Positions 1 to 9,628 of a stretch of DNA of 64,000 bases are shown one piece after another. The DNA is from a virus (lineage: Duplodnaviria > Heunggongvirae > Uroviricota > Caudoviricetes). The notes beneath the pieces are model-generated. The model searched no databases and was not told where the DNA came from. It saw only the letters and a list, made by a program, of their open reading frames with translations. Numbering within the stretch: the stretch's first letter is position 1; each line of letters begins with the position of its first letter. The stretch lies in IMG/VR virus record IMGVR_UViG_3300044630_004416, positions 41,440-105,439 of that record. One strand, given 5' to 3'. The translations under genes and the position numbers were made by a program.

Positions 1-190
1 CTCTATATTTTCTTACCAATTCAAATTCATTATTATGTTGACCTACCCCATCTAGGTCTAAATACTGACCAAAATAGGCACCTGCGGCTACTACCGAGGT
101 GCCATCATCATCATTGGGAGGCGCTGGTGAAAACGCCTTTGCTGGTTTTTTTCTTCTGTCCTCAATTGAAAACCCAAATAACTGAGTCAT
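1..190 (-). CDS. portal protein (gp20-like), N-terminal part; gene continues beyond window start
   Basis: Manual reverse-complement translation from ATG at 190-188 gives MTQLFGFSIEDRRKKPAKAFSPAPPNDDDGTSVVAAGAYFGQYLDLDGVGQHNNEFELVRKYR..., open to base 1. It lies directly downstream of the tail tube gene, matching T4 order 17-18-19-20. Below the track's 60-aa cut-off. Confidence 0.5.
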   Translation of the reverse strand, partial: MTQLFGFSIEDRRKKPAKAFSPAPPNDDDGTSVVAAGAYFGQYLDLDGVGQHNNEFELVRKYR

Positions 191-230
191 ATTATAATGT
201 CTCTAACGTTGTTCTATTATTTATTATATA

Positions 231-863
231 TCAAAGAGATGGACTTGTTACTTCAAAGAAGTTATATTGGAATTCTACTGTGAATTCTTCAATTTGGTCA
301 TTTGCCTCGTATGATAAATCAATTGATGAAATTGAAGAAGGCCATGCATCATAGAACTTATATGCACGAATAACATCCATTCCATCAGTTCCAGCAGTGT
401 TTGGATTGCTTGGAGTTCTATTTGGAGTAATACCGTCTCTTGATAGTTGGAATACTGTCATATCAACACAGTATGAAGCTCCACCATTTGCTCCATAACC
501 AAGTTGAGATACGTTTTCAGTTAAAGCATTAATTCCTCGTGACCAAGTTTCAAATGCTTTACGAACTTCAAAGCTTCCATCATTGATTACGGTGACAGAC
601 CATGGTTCAAATGTTCTGTCTCCAGCAACTTTAAGCATTCTTCCTCTATATGGAACTTCAATAGTTCCAATATTTGATGCTGGAATTTGTGCAGTTTTTA
701 CTAAAAATTCAGATTGAGTAGTTAATGTAGTTGAAGCTAGTGATGAACCACCAATATCTGCAACTTGTGATAGATTTGGGAAATTTAATCTTACTAGGAA
801 AAGATTTGGTCTTGCCCCACCTTTCTTTAAGTAAGATTTGAAATCTGAGATACTTCTTGCCAT
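231..863 (-). CDS. tail tube protein (T4 gp19-like)
   Basis: N-terminal GGARPNLFLV and internal VAGDRTFEPWSVTVINDG match hallmark T4 gp19 segments (ARPNLFQV, VAGDRTFDDWTVTVMND). AGGAGA Shine-Dalgarno 6 nt upstream. Follows the sheath gene. Confidence 0.8.
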   Translation of the reverse strand: MARSISDFKSYLKKGGARPNLFLVRLNFPNLSQVADIGGSSLASTTLTTQSEFLVKTAQIPASNIGTIEVPYRGRMLKVAGDRTFEPWSVTVINDGSFEVRKAFETWSRGINALTENVSQLGYGANGGASYCVDMTVFQLSRDGITPNRTPSNPNTAGTDGMDVIRAYKFYDAWPSSISSIDLSYEANDQIEEFTVEFQYNFFEVTSPSL

Positions 864-894
864 TGTTTTCTCCTAGGTTTTCTATAAAATTAAA

Positions 895-2934
895 TTAGTT
901 TACTAACTCACCAAAAGAAACACCAGTTCTTGTTGCAACAAATGTAATTGTAATGTAGTTAATGCTTCTTGCAGGTTTGATATAAATTTCTGCATTCATT
1001 TCATTTGAATCAATTACATCTGGTGTGTTGTTACTTTCATCACATACAACTAAGAAATCATAAATACCTCTTCTTCCCTGAACATTTCTGAGATAAGGTT
1101 CAACTGCAGCTTTGAATGAGCTTCTTGTAACTTCATCGTTAATTTCAAACAATTGGAATTTAGCAAATCTTCCAATATTCTTCTCTAGTTCGATGAATAG
1201 TCTACGAACATTGATTCTATTAAATGCGCTAGGAGAAGCAAGACCTGTCTTATCTCCAAATAGAACAATTCCTTGTCCTGGGAAGGAAACAATTGGATTT
1301 ACTCTATTTGAATAAAGTCTATCTCTTTCTGATTGCTTTGGACTATATGCTAGCTTAGTAGCATTCTTTAGATTTCCTCTATTATATCCAGCAGGTGAGA
1401 ACCAAGTTTCTGAATTGATAGTTGAATTGATGCATAATCCAGCAACATCTGCAGCACATGGTACATATCTGTAAACATCATTATACTTATCGTAGATATA
1501 CTTATATCCACTATCAAAAATAGCGTATGAAGAACTTGCAATTCCTCCGAAGAATGAAATAATATTTTCTGTTTTTGTAGTAGATGTGTCGCTACTAATT
1601 ACATCACTTCTTCTTGGTGATACTACAGCCATACAATCTTTTCTATGCTCTGCAATATCAATTAGCTTGGAAGCTCTTTCTGTGGAAATTTTTCCAGGAA
1701 CTAGGAAATCAACATCATTGAATGTTTCAGAATCTCTTACTAAATCATATGAAGATGTAATCGCAGATTCGATAGCAGCACTATCTGTTGAGAATACATA
1801 ATCAGTTCCTCCACCTAGGCTAAATCCAATTGTGGATGCTCCGCCAGATGAAATTAATGAATATAGTTTGTTTGAGCTATTGGATGTTCCAACTACGCCT
1901 TCAGACTGTCCAGTTCCTGCTTCTAATGTAACTTTATCTGTACCAACAAAGTTGATTCCAGTATCATAGCCAGGATACACATACTTAGACTTTAGTGCCA
2001 TATTAGTATGATAATATACTAATGCACCATCTAGAGTAGTTGCATCTTTTGCTTTAGAAACATAAAGATACTTCTCTAGAATTGTATTTGGATTTCCAGT
2101 GAGTGTTCCTTCTTCATCAATGACAAGAATATGCATTTCATCAAATTTTCCGCCCTTAGAGGAAACTGATGCTGAAGTTCCTGGCTGTGGTGCAATATCT
2201 CTCCACTTGAGTCCAGTAGCATACTCTAGAGTATCATAATAAGTGTTATCTGGAGCTGCTGAAATATCTCCTTCATCAATTAGAACATTAGGTGTTCCTG
2301 CATTATCTGTAATTGAATAAGTTGAATATCCAGTAGTAGGAATTCTCTTAGTTGTATCATTAAGAGTAATGTACAACTTATTGTTAGTAGCGTCTAACTT
2401 ATATACCCATCCAGTTCCTACAGTAGTTGCGCCATTTTTGATGACAATAGCATCACCAGCGGCAACGGTTGGGTCGGTTCCAGTGTAAGTAATTACTTGG
2501 TCTGCACCATGGTCAACTGCAACTACTTTAATAGAATTGAATCTAGTACCAGCGGTTCTTCCAGCAAAACGGAATGCAGTTGATTGGTAATTTGAATAAT
2601 CAAAATCACTCTTTACTATAAAATCTGTTAGTGTGGTTGCTGCATTGTATGCACTTCTGAGTTTGTTAGAACCACTTGAATATGATGGTCTAATTACTCC
2701 TACAATACCACCATACTGAATTACAGTTGATGCTGCAAACCATGACTCATAGTTGTCATTATTTGGTTTTCCAAAAATATTGATTAACTCTGTTTCGCTA
2801 GTAATATAAGTTACTGTATCAACAGGACCAGACTCAGCTGCAATTGCTACTATTGCAACATTTTGGTCAGATACATTTACGGTTGGAGTTAAATCAACCT
2901 CTTTTATAGTTACTCCAGGTGAAGCAAATGACAT
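895..2934 (-). CDS. tail sheath protein (gp18-like)
   Basis: 679 aa, between terminase large subunit and tail tube exactly as T4 gp18 (659 aa). Gly/Thr/Ser-rich structural composition. Confidence 0.7.
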   Translation of the reverse strand: MSFASPGVTIKEVDLTPTVNVSDQNVAIVAIAAESGPVDTVTYITSETELINIFGKPNNDNYESWFAASTVIQYGGIVGVIRPSYSSGSNKLRSAYNAATTLTDFIVKSDFDYSNYQSTAFRFAGRTAGTRFNSIKVVAVDHGADQVITYTGTDPTVAAGDAIVIKNGATTVGTGWVYKLDATNNKLYITLNDTTKRIPTTGYSTYSITDNAGTPNVLIDEGDISAAPDNTYYDTLEYATGLKWRDIAPQPGTSASVSSKGGKFDEMHILVIDEEGTLTGNPNTILEKYLYVSKAKDATTLDGALVYYHTNMALKSKYVYPGYDTGINFVGTDKVTLEAGTGQSEGVVGTSNSSNKLYSLISSGGASTIGFSLGGGTDYVFSTDSAAIESAITSSYDLVRDSETFNDVDFLVPGKISTERASKLIDIAEHRKDCMAVVSPRRSDVISSDTSTTKTENIISFFGGIASSSYAIFDSGYKYIYDKYNDVYRYVPCAADVAGLCINSTINSETWFSPAGYNRGNLKNATKLAYSPKQSERDRLYSNRVNPIVSFPGQGIVLFGDKTGLASPSAFNRINVRRLFIELEKNIGRFAKFQLFEINDEVTRSSFKAAVEPYLRNVQGRRGIYDFLVVCDESNNTPDVIDSNEMNAEIYIKPARSINYITITFVATRTGVSFGELVN

Positions 2935-2993
2935 GTTTATTACCTCTATGAGATTTTTTTCTCAAAACTATTTATTTATCTTTATATTTTGAA

Positions 2994-4712
2994 CTATTGA
3001 TACTCCCACATATAAGCTCTATCCCCATATTCATCTACATTCCACCCATTTCCTCTGCTAGGAATGTCCACGAAATCTCCATGGTATCTAGAATTGTCTG
3101 CGACTATCCATTTGTCTCCAGAATTATCTACAAAACTAGTTTCTTCATCTGTCAAGCCATCCAATACAAAACCAAATGGAGCCATATCCTGCTCAATAGC
3201 TTCTCTTTGGTCTTCAAAAATTCTTTTTCTAACATCATTTGAAGTTAACTCCCTGAAATATGGTTGTGTAGATAACCAAGAAAAAATTACCAAGCACATT
3301 GCTAGGTCATCATTACATCCATCCTCTGCACCAAAAGAATCATTCCTTTGAATAAAAGTTGTCAATTCACTAATTACATCATAATCATTAATCAATAATT
3401 TATCATCTTCAATCATGGCCTTTAAGTTAGCACAGCCATATTTTTTAACTGCCTTGGTCATTTTTACACCAAGTTGTGCTTTATTGGAGAATCCAGTTCC
3501 AACAATTTGACCTGCTCGACCTTTCATTGCACACATAAGAAGATTATCATATTCCAAATCAAATTGAAGAATATCTGCTACTTGTCCTCCAATATCATTT
3601 ACTTCTACAAGAACATTTGCATTATTATAACTTCTTCCAACTGTATCAATTATATTTGGAAATAGAATAGGTTTGATTTCATTGTTTTTATATTTTGCAA
3701 CTAACTTATATGGAATGGTAGTTACATCCATAACAGTAAATGCAGAGTAGTCATTTCCAACTCCTCTAGCAACGTCTACAGTCATAACATAATCATGACC
3801 TTCTATTGATTCCTCATATACGTCTAATCCACCACCTTTCTTCATAGCATCCTCATAAACCATTGTACGAAGTTTATTTGGATTAATTAATGTATCTACC
3901 GAACCTAGGAAGTTACATTCAAATTCTTGCTCAAACTGTCGTTGAGAAGTGTTTGCAATAGTTTCTTCTTTCCACTTTTGGTCTCTTCCTGGAACATCCC
4001 ACCAATTAACTTCAAGTGGAACGTAACTATTTTTACCTCGTTCTGCATCATGCCAGAACTTGTAAAACATGTTCATACCCTGTGGGGTAGAAATGATAAT
4101 AACTTTTGTAGTTTTACCAGATGAAATAGTAGGATATACAGAACTGAAGAACTGTTCTGCAATGTGGTTTGGAACGAATGCAAATTCGTCCAGGAAGATG
4201 ATGTTAAAAGAGTTTCCTCGGACAGCAGAAGATGAAGTAGATGCAGCAATAATCTTGGAACCATTCTCTAGCTCCAGTGAACCTCTGTTCCAAGAACCCA
4301 CGCCCTGCTGTAGCCATTTAGGCAAGTTTTCATAGGATAACTGCAATCGCTGTAGAAGTTCTCTTGAGGTCTCCGCTTTATTTGCAAGAATTGCTATTTT
4401 TACGTTTGGATTAAAAAGAGCATAGTGAAGTAGGTAAGACACCACAGTTGTAGACTTACCTGTTTGTCTTGGTAACTTTGCAATGTTGAATCTATTTTTA
4501 TGAAAATTTTCAATCATTCTTTCTTGAAAATCCCACATTTTAAATGGGACCAGACCTTCATCAAGAGAGACAATTTTTATATATTTTTTTGCAAAATATA
4601 TTGGGTCATCCTGACATTTCAAATACTCTTCTAATTCTTGAGCAGTAAATTGAATCTGAACATTAGAAGGTTTTAGATTGGGATTACCCTTATAACTAGA
4701 TTTTTGACTCAT
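2994..4712 (-). CDS. terminase large subunit (gp17-like)
   Basis: 572 aa. Walker A KLPRQTGKSTTV (T4 gp17 SRQLGKT type) and a C-terminal nuclease-like acidic region. Synteny with terminase small subunit and sheath. Confidence 0.85.
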   Translation of the reverse strand: MSQKSSYKGNPNLKPSNVQIQFTAQELEEYLKCQDDPIYFAKKYIKIVSLDEGLVPFKMWDFQERMIENFHKNRFNIAKLPRQTGKSTTVVSYLLHYALFNPNVKIAILANKAETSRELLQRLQLSYENLPKWLQQGVGSWNRGSLELENGSKIIAASTSSSAVRGNSFNIIFLDEFAFVPNHIAEQFFSSVYPTISSGKTTKVIIISTPQGMNMFYKFWHDAERGKNSYVPLEVNWWDVPGRDQKWKEETIANTSQRQFEQEFECNFLGSVDTLINPNKLRTMVYEDAMKKGGGLDVYEESIEGHDYVMTVDVARGVGNDYSAFTVMDVTTIPYKLVAKYKNNEIKPILFPNIIDTVGRSYNNANVLVEVNDIGGQVADILQFDLEYDNLLMCAMKGRAGQIVGTGFSNKAQLGVKMTKAVKKYGCANLKAMIEDDKLLINDYDVISELTTFIQRNDSFGAEDGCNDDLAMCLVIFSWLSTQPYFRELTSNDVRKRIFEDQREAIEQDMAPFGFVLDGLTDEETSFVDNSGDKWIVADNSRYHGDFVDIPSRGNGWNVDEYGDRAYMWEYQ

Positions 4713-4727
4713 GATATTTTTTATAAA

Positions 4728-4964
4728 TTAACAGTTCCAAGCTCTTAGTGATTTATTGATTCTTGAATTAGGGTCGTTTGCTGTTTTTGATGAAGTTAGT
4801 TTCTTTTTCATTCCACTCATGCGAGCACAGAATGATGCTCTGCGTGGATTTCCAACTTTCTTTGAAGGTGCTTTTAGGTCGCTTCCTGGATTTTCTCTTT
4901 CGTATGAGCGGCGACCCTTTTCATTCAGACCGCCGCTTGGTGCTTTCCCGATTTCTTTGTCCAT
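4728..4964 (-). CDS. small basic K/R/S-rich protein, uncertain
   Basis: 78-aa ORF overlapping the 3' end of the upstream gene by 40 nt. Lies in a locally GC-richer patch where all six frames are open, so coding status is uncertain. Confidence 0.25.
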   Translation of the reverse strand: MDKEIGKAPSGGLNEKGRRSYERENPGSDLKAPSKKVGNPRRASFCARMSGMKKKLTSSKTANDPNSRINKSLRAWNC

Positions 4965-5731
4965 GCAGCTCCTTCCTTCATTGGAAGACTTGGACCTTTT
5001 AATTTTTTCTGAGCTACTTCTTTCTCTCCAGGATTTGTTGTTCCTTTAGCTAAATTTCTAATTTTTGCTTGTCTTTTTGCAGCACTATGACCAGCACCAA
5101 TTTCAAAACTTACATTATTAGCTTCGCTCATGAATTGAGAGAATGATTTTTGCTCACTTAACTTTTCATCTGAAGATAGATATTCTGCTGCTGTATCAAT
5201 AAAATCTGCTGCTCTAGTAATTTTTGACTGAACCCAAGCAGGAAGTTGTTGATTTGACTTACGAATAATCTTACGCAACATTTGAATAGACCTTTCCATT
5301 TGGTCCATTTCAATATTTGCCATGTATCCTTCATGGTCCTTTATCTTTCCACTTGAAATTTCCTTGTGGTCTTCTTCAATATTCAATTTACGAGTGTACA
5401 TTTCCCATGCACTTGGTCCATAAGAACACTCTCCTTTTGTTTCATTTTTTTCACAAAGATGGCAATAACGAACTTCTTCTTTTTCTTCTTTAACGGATTT
5501 CTTTCCGTCTTTCCATTGAGTTTTTAATTGCTTTTCCATCTTTAGTAAATGCTTGTAATAATTAGGAAATTCTGATATATGCTGAAGAGCAATTCCATAA
5601 GCTTCTTCATGTGTGGTTACATGCTCTCGCTCTACAGTAGAACCAATCTCTGCCTGTCTAATAACATAATCAACAGAGACGCCATGTTTTCTGGCAATTT
5701 CTTTTTCTGTTGGAATTCTCTTCTTAGACAT
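4925..5731 (-). CDS. hypothetical protein with N-terminal helix-turn-helix-like segment
   Basis: 268 aa. EKEIARKHGVSVDYVIRQ resembles an HTH. C-terminus is Lys-rich. Lies between terminase small and large subunit genes. Confidence 0.5.
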   Translation of the reverse strand: MSKKRIPTEKEIARKHGVSVDYVIRQAEIGSTVEREHVTTHEEAYGIALQHISEFPNYYKHLLKMEKQLKTQWKDGKKSVKEEKEEVRYCHLCEKNETKGECSYGPSAWEMYTRKLNIEEDHKEISSGKIKDHEGYMANIEMDQMERSIQMLRKIIRKSNQQLPAWVQSKITRAADFIDTAAEYLSSDEKLSEQKSFSQFMSEANNVSFEIGAGHSAAKRQAKIRNLAKGTTNPGEKEVAQKKLKGPSLPMKEGAAWTKKSGKHQAAV

Positions 5732-6252
5732 TATCCACCTACGACTTGAACTTGTTCAAATACAACAGATGCTCCAATAGCTTCTAGTTTTGCAACTCTA
5801 ACTACTTGAGCTGGAACTCCAGTGGAATGAGTAAAATCTGAAGTTGCAGAAGATGCATCAATATCAGTAGTAATTGTGTTTCCAGTTTTTGCAGTAATTT
5901 TTTTCCCAGCAGATGCTGCAGATTCAAATGCTGAAGGAAGAATTGAACCTGAATCTACTACTGCGATATAATCTCCTACTCCAAATGGATGAGTATCTGT
6001 AGTTACTCCTGCCATACCAAGAGTATATACACAATTTAATGAATCTGATGCCTTATAAATTATTGCTTTTCCAGCTTTTCCTCCAGAAACTAATAAAGAT
6101 TCTGTAGATTTTAATACTATTGCAGGACCATCATTAATTTTAATTGTACAATCACTCCCAGCAGTTACACGAAATACTCCACTGGACATTTCTGTATAAC
6201 CAGTTGCTCCAGCTGCAACAGTAGTTGTTGATATTACATTAAGTACTGACAT
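5731..6252 (-). CDS. hypothetical virion-type protein
   Basis: 173 aa, Gly/Ala/Thr/Ser-rich with structural-protein-like composition. Start overlaps the stop of the upstream gene. Confidence 0.45.
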   Translation of the reverse strand: MSVLNVISTTTVAAGATGYTEMSSGVFRVTAGSDCTIKINDGPAIVLKSTESLLVSGGKAGKAIIYKASDSLNCVYTLGMAGVTTDTHPFGVGDYIAVVDSGSILPSAFESAASAGKKITAKTGNTITTDIDASSATSDFTHSTGVPAQVVRVAKLEAIGASVVFEQVQVVGG

Positions 6253-6262
6253 TAAAATACTC

Positions 6263-6706
6263 CTATTCTTCTGTATTATTTAGTTTTGATTGTTTTAGAA
6301 ACTTCTGTAGTTCTGCTGTACTGCCAATAAAAACAGAATTATTTACAGTTGATGGTCCTCTAGTACCAGATTCTTCTTCAATGTCTTTTAATTTTTTCTG
6401 CAAATCTATTAATTTTTCTGCCAATTCAGAAACATTTTTGATTCCTTGGAATGCAACTTCATATGCTCTTGGGTGGTCACTTTGCTGAGCGACATCCATG
6501 ATTCCATTGATTGCTTTTTGTCCTTTTTCAATTAAATTGTATAGTTGTGAACGGCTGTATTCAAAATCAGCATTTACTTTTTCTGATGTAGGTTCGTCCT
6601 CAGACTTTACAATTTCTACTGATGAAACTTCTGGTTCTATTGGAGTAATATTAAATGTTTTGTCTAGTTCTTCGTAGGATGCCATATCTATTAGGTCGTA
6701 GTCCAC
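6263..6706 (-). CDS. terminase small subunit (T4 gp16-like)
   Basis: 147 aa. Segment DFEYSRSQLYNLIEKGQKAINGIMDVAQQSDHPRAYEVAFQGIK...LQKKLKDI aligns with T4 gp16 [44 protein letters not shown]...LHKDMKDI. NNSVFIGSTAEL aligns with NATVFMGSPTEL. Confidence 0.7.
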   Translation of the reverse strand: MDYDLIDMASYEELDKTFNITPIEPEVSSVEIVKSEDEPTSEKVNADFEYSRSQLYNLIEKGQKAINGIMDVAQQSDHPRAYEVAFQGIKNVSELAEKLIDLQKKLKDIEEESGTRGPSTVNNSVFIGSTAELQKFLKQSKLNNTEE

Positions 6707-7491
6707 ATTTCATTAAATCCAAAATCATCATCTGGTTCTACAAATGCATCATCTGCAGCATTAATAACGCCATCATCATTATAATCAACCAGAGCTTTTG
6801 GAGTTACACTATATCTAATGTATCTTTCTGCATTAATTGCAGTTCCAATATCTACATTTACTTTCTTAATAATTTCAGATGTAGTAACTGGACCATAGAT
6901 ATATGATTTTGCAGTAAAATTCAAACTATAAATTATAGTTCTTCTTGTTAAAAAACTACCTTCATAGTCATCTCGTATTCCTATATTTTGAAGTACAATT
7001 GGAATATCTTTATATTCATCAGTCTCAGACAACATATTAATTGAGATGTTAAATACTGGCTGAAAAAATGGAAGAATTTGTTCAAGAATTTGAACAGCAT
7101 CATCATTTGTTTTACTGATAATTGCCAAGTCAAAATCTAAATTATATGGAACTGGCATATAATGTGAATATGTTTTTTCAGTTTCTCCATCCTTTGGACT
7201 TCTGCATACTTGAACTGGTCCCAATTTTCTGGATGAATCATATGATATATTTTTTAATTCAAATGAAATTCTTGGAAGTTGAATTTGAGTAGGTCTTCTT
7301 TTATCTAAGTCTGGTTCTGCCTCAATTCTTGCCAAGAATTTTTCTACTGGACCATATGCAAATGGTACTTTGATTGTTTGAACTACTCCATCTTCAGAAT
7401 TTTTTCTTCTCAATTCAATATTATTGAATAAAGTTCCAAATCCTATAATAGTTCTTCGTATAGATTCGTTATAAAAATGTTTGCCTAGCAT
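6691..7491 (-). CDS. gp15-like tail completion / sheath stabiliser (synteny-based)
   Basis: 266 aa (T4 gp15 is 272 aa), immediately upstream of the terminase small subunit as in T4. Confidence 0.5.
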   Translation of the reverse strand: MLGKHFYNESIRRTIIGFGTLFNNIELRRKNSEDGVVQTIKVPFAYGPVEKFLARIEAEPDLDKRRPTQIQLPRISFELKNISYDSSRKLGPVQVCRSPKDGETEKTYSHYMPVPYNLDFDLAIISKTNDDAVQILEQILPFFQPVFNISINMLSETDEYKDIPIVLQNIGIRDDYEGSFLTRRTIIYSLNFTAKSYIYGPVTTSEIIKKVNVDIGTAINAERYIRYSVTPKALVDYNDDGVINAADDAFVEPDDDFGFNEMWTTT

Positions 7492-8585
7492 TAAAATTCT
7501 CCCATGTTAGTAAATTCACCGAATGGATTTTTCTCAGACCAATCAACAATAGGATTAGCATTATCTTCAAACCATTTATTTTCATTGAAATCATCATTTT
7601 GATTTTCAATAGAACTAAATGTTTGTATTACCCATTCTGCGTTGCTTTCGTTTCCAATTAAAGTTTCATTATCTTTAAATGTTCCTACTATATCTATAAG
7701 CTCAATTTCACTATTTGTTACATCATATCTGATTACTTTTCCTGTTGCTCCACTTATAGAACCAGTCACAGTTTCATTTGTTTTATATACTCCATTTGCA
7801 GCCAATACTGCCTGTGCAGTAGCTCCAGTACCAGAGCCATTAATTATTACGCCAGGAACAGAAGTATAATTACTACCAGGATTTACTATATTGATTGCAG
7901 AAATTTGACCATTTGTTATGGTTGCAGTTGCTGTTGCAGTAGTTGCTCCAGATATTGTACCAAAAGAAACGGTAGTATTTGTTCCATAGTTATTACCACC
8001 AGATAGTATATCAACTTCTTTAATTCCCTTGGTAAGAGAGAATGTAATTGAATATCCTTCATCTCTTCTAATATTATCAATTTCAGGAACTCCAGTTTCA
8101 AATCTTTCACTGGAATCTTCCATGACTTCACATATTAATTGATATGTGGCAATTTGGTTTAATTGTCTAAATGGTTTATTATGCTCTACAAATTTAATTT
8201 GGAATAGTTGATTGGTTAATGGAAAATATATCACATCTCCTTCATTTGGTCTGTGATTGGAAATTAAATTATTAGAAGAAGAAATTAAATCTTCCCATCT
8301 TCTTTTTGAAATTATAAATGTTGCTTCCTCTGCAATTCGTACTCCAAATCTTGTCATTAATGCACCATCGCCTTCAAATCCCTGAATATTAGCGAGGTAC
8401 ATTTCTATTATATAATTTTCATCAAATTTTGCTAGTGGGTCTTCTCCAAATAATCTATCATCAGTTACAAGTTCTCTTGGTAAATAATATACATCAAAAC
8501 CATATATTTTCAAAGATTCTATGATTAAATCTTCATACAATCTTTGTTCTGAACTAGTTCCGTGAGAAAAATATACGTTTTTCAT
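7491..8585 (-). CDS. gp14-like neck protein (synteny-based)
   Basis: 364 aa at the gp14 position between the gp13-like and gp15-like genes. Confidence 0.45.
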   Translation of the reverse strand: MKNVYFSHGTSSEQRLYEDLIIESLKIYGFDVYYLPRELVTDDRLFGEDPLAKFDENYIIEMYLANIQGFEGDGALMTRFGVRIAEEATFIISKRRWEDLISSSNNLISNHRPNEGDVIYFPLTNQLFQIKFVEHNKPFRQLNQIATYQLICEVMEDSSERFETGVPEIDNIRRDEGYSITFSLTKGIKEVDILSGGNNYGTNTTVSFGTISGATTATATATITNGQISAINIVNPGSNYTSVPGVIINGSGTGATAQAVLAANGVYKTNETVTGSISGATGKVIRYDVTNSEIELIDIVGTFKDNETLIGNESNAEWVIQTFSSIENQNDDFNENKWFEDNANPIVDWSEKNPFGEFTNMGEF

Positions 8586-9409
8586 TATCCAACCATATCT
8601 AGTGGAGGTAATTCATATGTACTTAGTAGTTCTTGATATAATTTATCTACCTCTCCAATTGCATCATCATATATTTGACGACCATTAAATGTAACTCCAC
8701 CTGGCATTTGAATACCTTCAAATTTAATGAGATTTTGTCCCCATTGTTTCTTAATGAGTGCTGTTAAATATTTTTTAATCCAAATTTCATTATATAATTT
8801 ATTAAAATCATTTGGGTCTAATGCTCGATAACAATCAATGACAATAAAATCATCCTTAGTTTGCATTCCCCAATCTAAATCAATATACAATCTGTTTTGT
8901 ACTTTATTATATCTAATATCTTTATTTCCTTCCAACATAAAATCTAAGGTCTCAAGATAAGTCAAGACCATATAGTAATTCATAATATCATATGAATAAA
9001 AGTTATAGAAATCGTTCAAGAAGAACTGATATCTAAAACCAAACATGTTATTGACAAAAGCATTAGATACTTTAAAGATGCCTTGAACTCCAATAACATG
9101 GTCAGGAACAGTTAAGTATCCTCTTCCCTCTTCAAAATTTAAAGTTCTGGATAAATCAGAATCATTTGTATCAGTTTTAGTAGTGGTAAAATTTCTTTTC
9201 TTTCCATTATCAATATCTTCTTGTGTCACTTTATATTTTAAATACATTCTTTCCATTCCACCATATGCTCTTTCGTTGTAAAGCTGTATGGTGTCATCAA
9301 TCAAATCTTCAATCTGGTCGTCATCGACATTGATTTCGATAACTGGCTTACCAAGTTTTCTAAGACAATATTCTTTTAATTGTGCTCTACTACTTGGTTT
9401 TGCCATCAT
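8585..9409 (-). CDS. gp13-like neck protein (synteny-based)
   Basis: 274 aa at the gp13 position. Start overlaps the downstream gene start codon (ATGA). Confidence 0.45.
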   Translation of the reverse strand: MMAKPSSRAQLKEYCLRKLGKPVIEINVDDDQIEDLIDDTIQLYNERAYGGMERMYLKYKVTQEDIDNGKKRNFTTTKTDTNDSDLSRTLNFEEGRGYLTVPDHVIGVQGIFKVSNAFVNNMFGFRYQFFLNDFYNFYSYDIMNYYMVLTYLETLDFMLEGNKDIRYNKVQNRLYIDLDWGMQTKDDFIVIDCYRALDPNDFNKLYNEIWIKKYLTALIKKQWGQNLIKFEGIQMPGGVTFNGRQIYDDAIGEVDKLYQELLSTYELPPLDMVG

Positions 9410-9428
9410 CCTTACCTACTAAATTTGT

Positions 9429-9608
9429 TTATGCTGACTCAGTAAAATCTGAATTTTGAACTTCTTTATTCTCTGAATCTTTTTGAATTGATGCTAAAAT
9501 ATTATTCAAATGAATTACTTTAGCTTCTAACATAATATTTTGAGTTGTCAATTCAGAAATTTTCTTTTGCATTACAGATAATAAATTGTTCACTTCATCC
9601 GAATTCAT
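9429..9608 (-). CDS. small coiled-coil protein (59 aa)
   Basis: Manual translation MNSDEVNNLLSVMQKKISELTTQNIMLEAKVIHLNNILASIQKDSENKEVQNSDFTESA. Fills the gap between the tail fibre and gp13-like genes. Below the track cut-off. Confidence 0.4.
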   Translation of the reverse strand: MNSDEVNNLLSVMQKKISELTTQNIMLEAKVIHLNNILASIQKDSENKEVQNSDFTESA

Positions 9609-9628
9609 AATTGTCTCCTAATTAAAAA

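Noticed and set aside
127-354. Plus-strand 75-aa ORF at the window start
   Set aside because: Antisense to the tube and portal genes, with low-complexity FFF/LL content. All credible genes in this window are on the minus strand.
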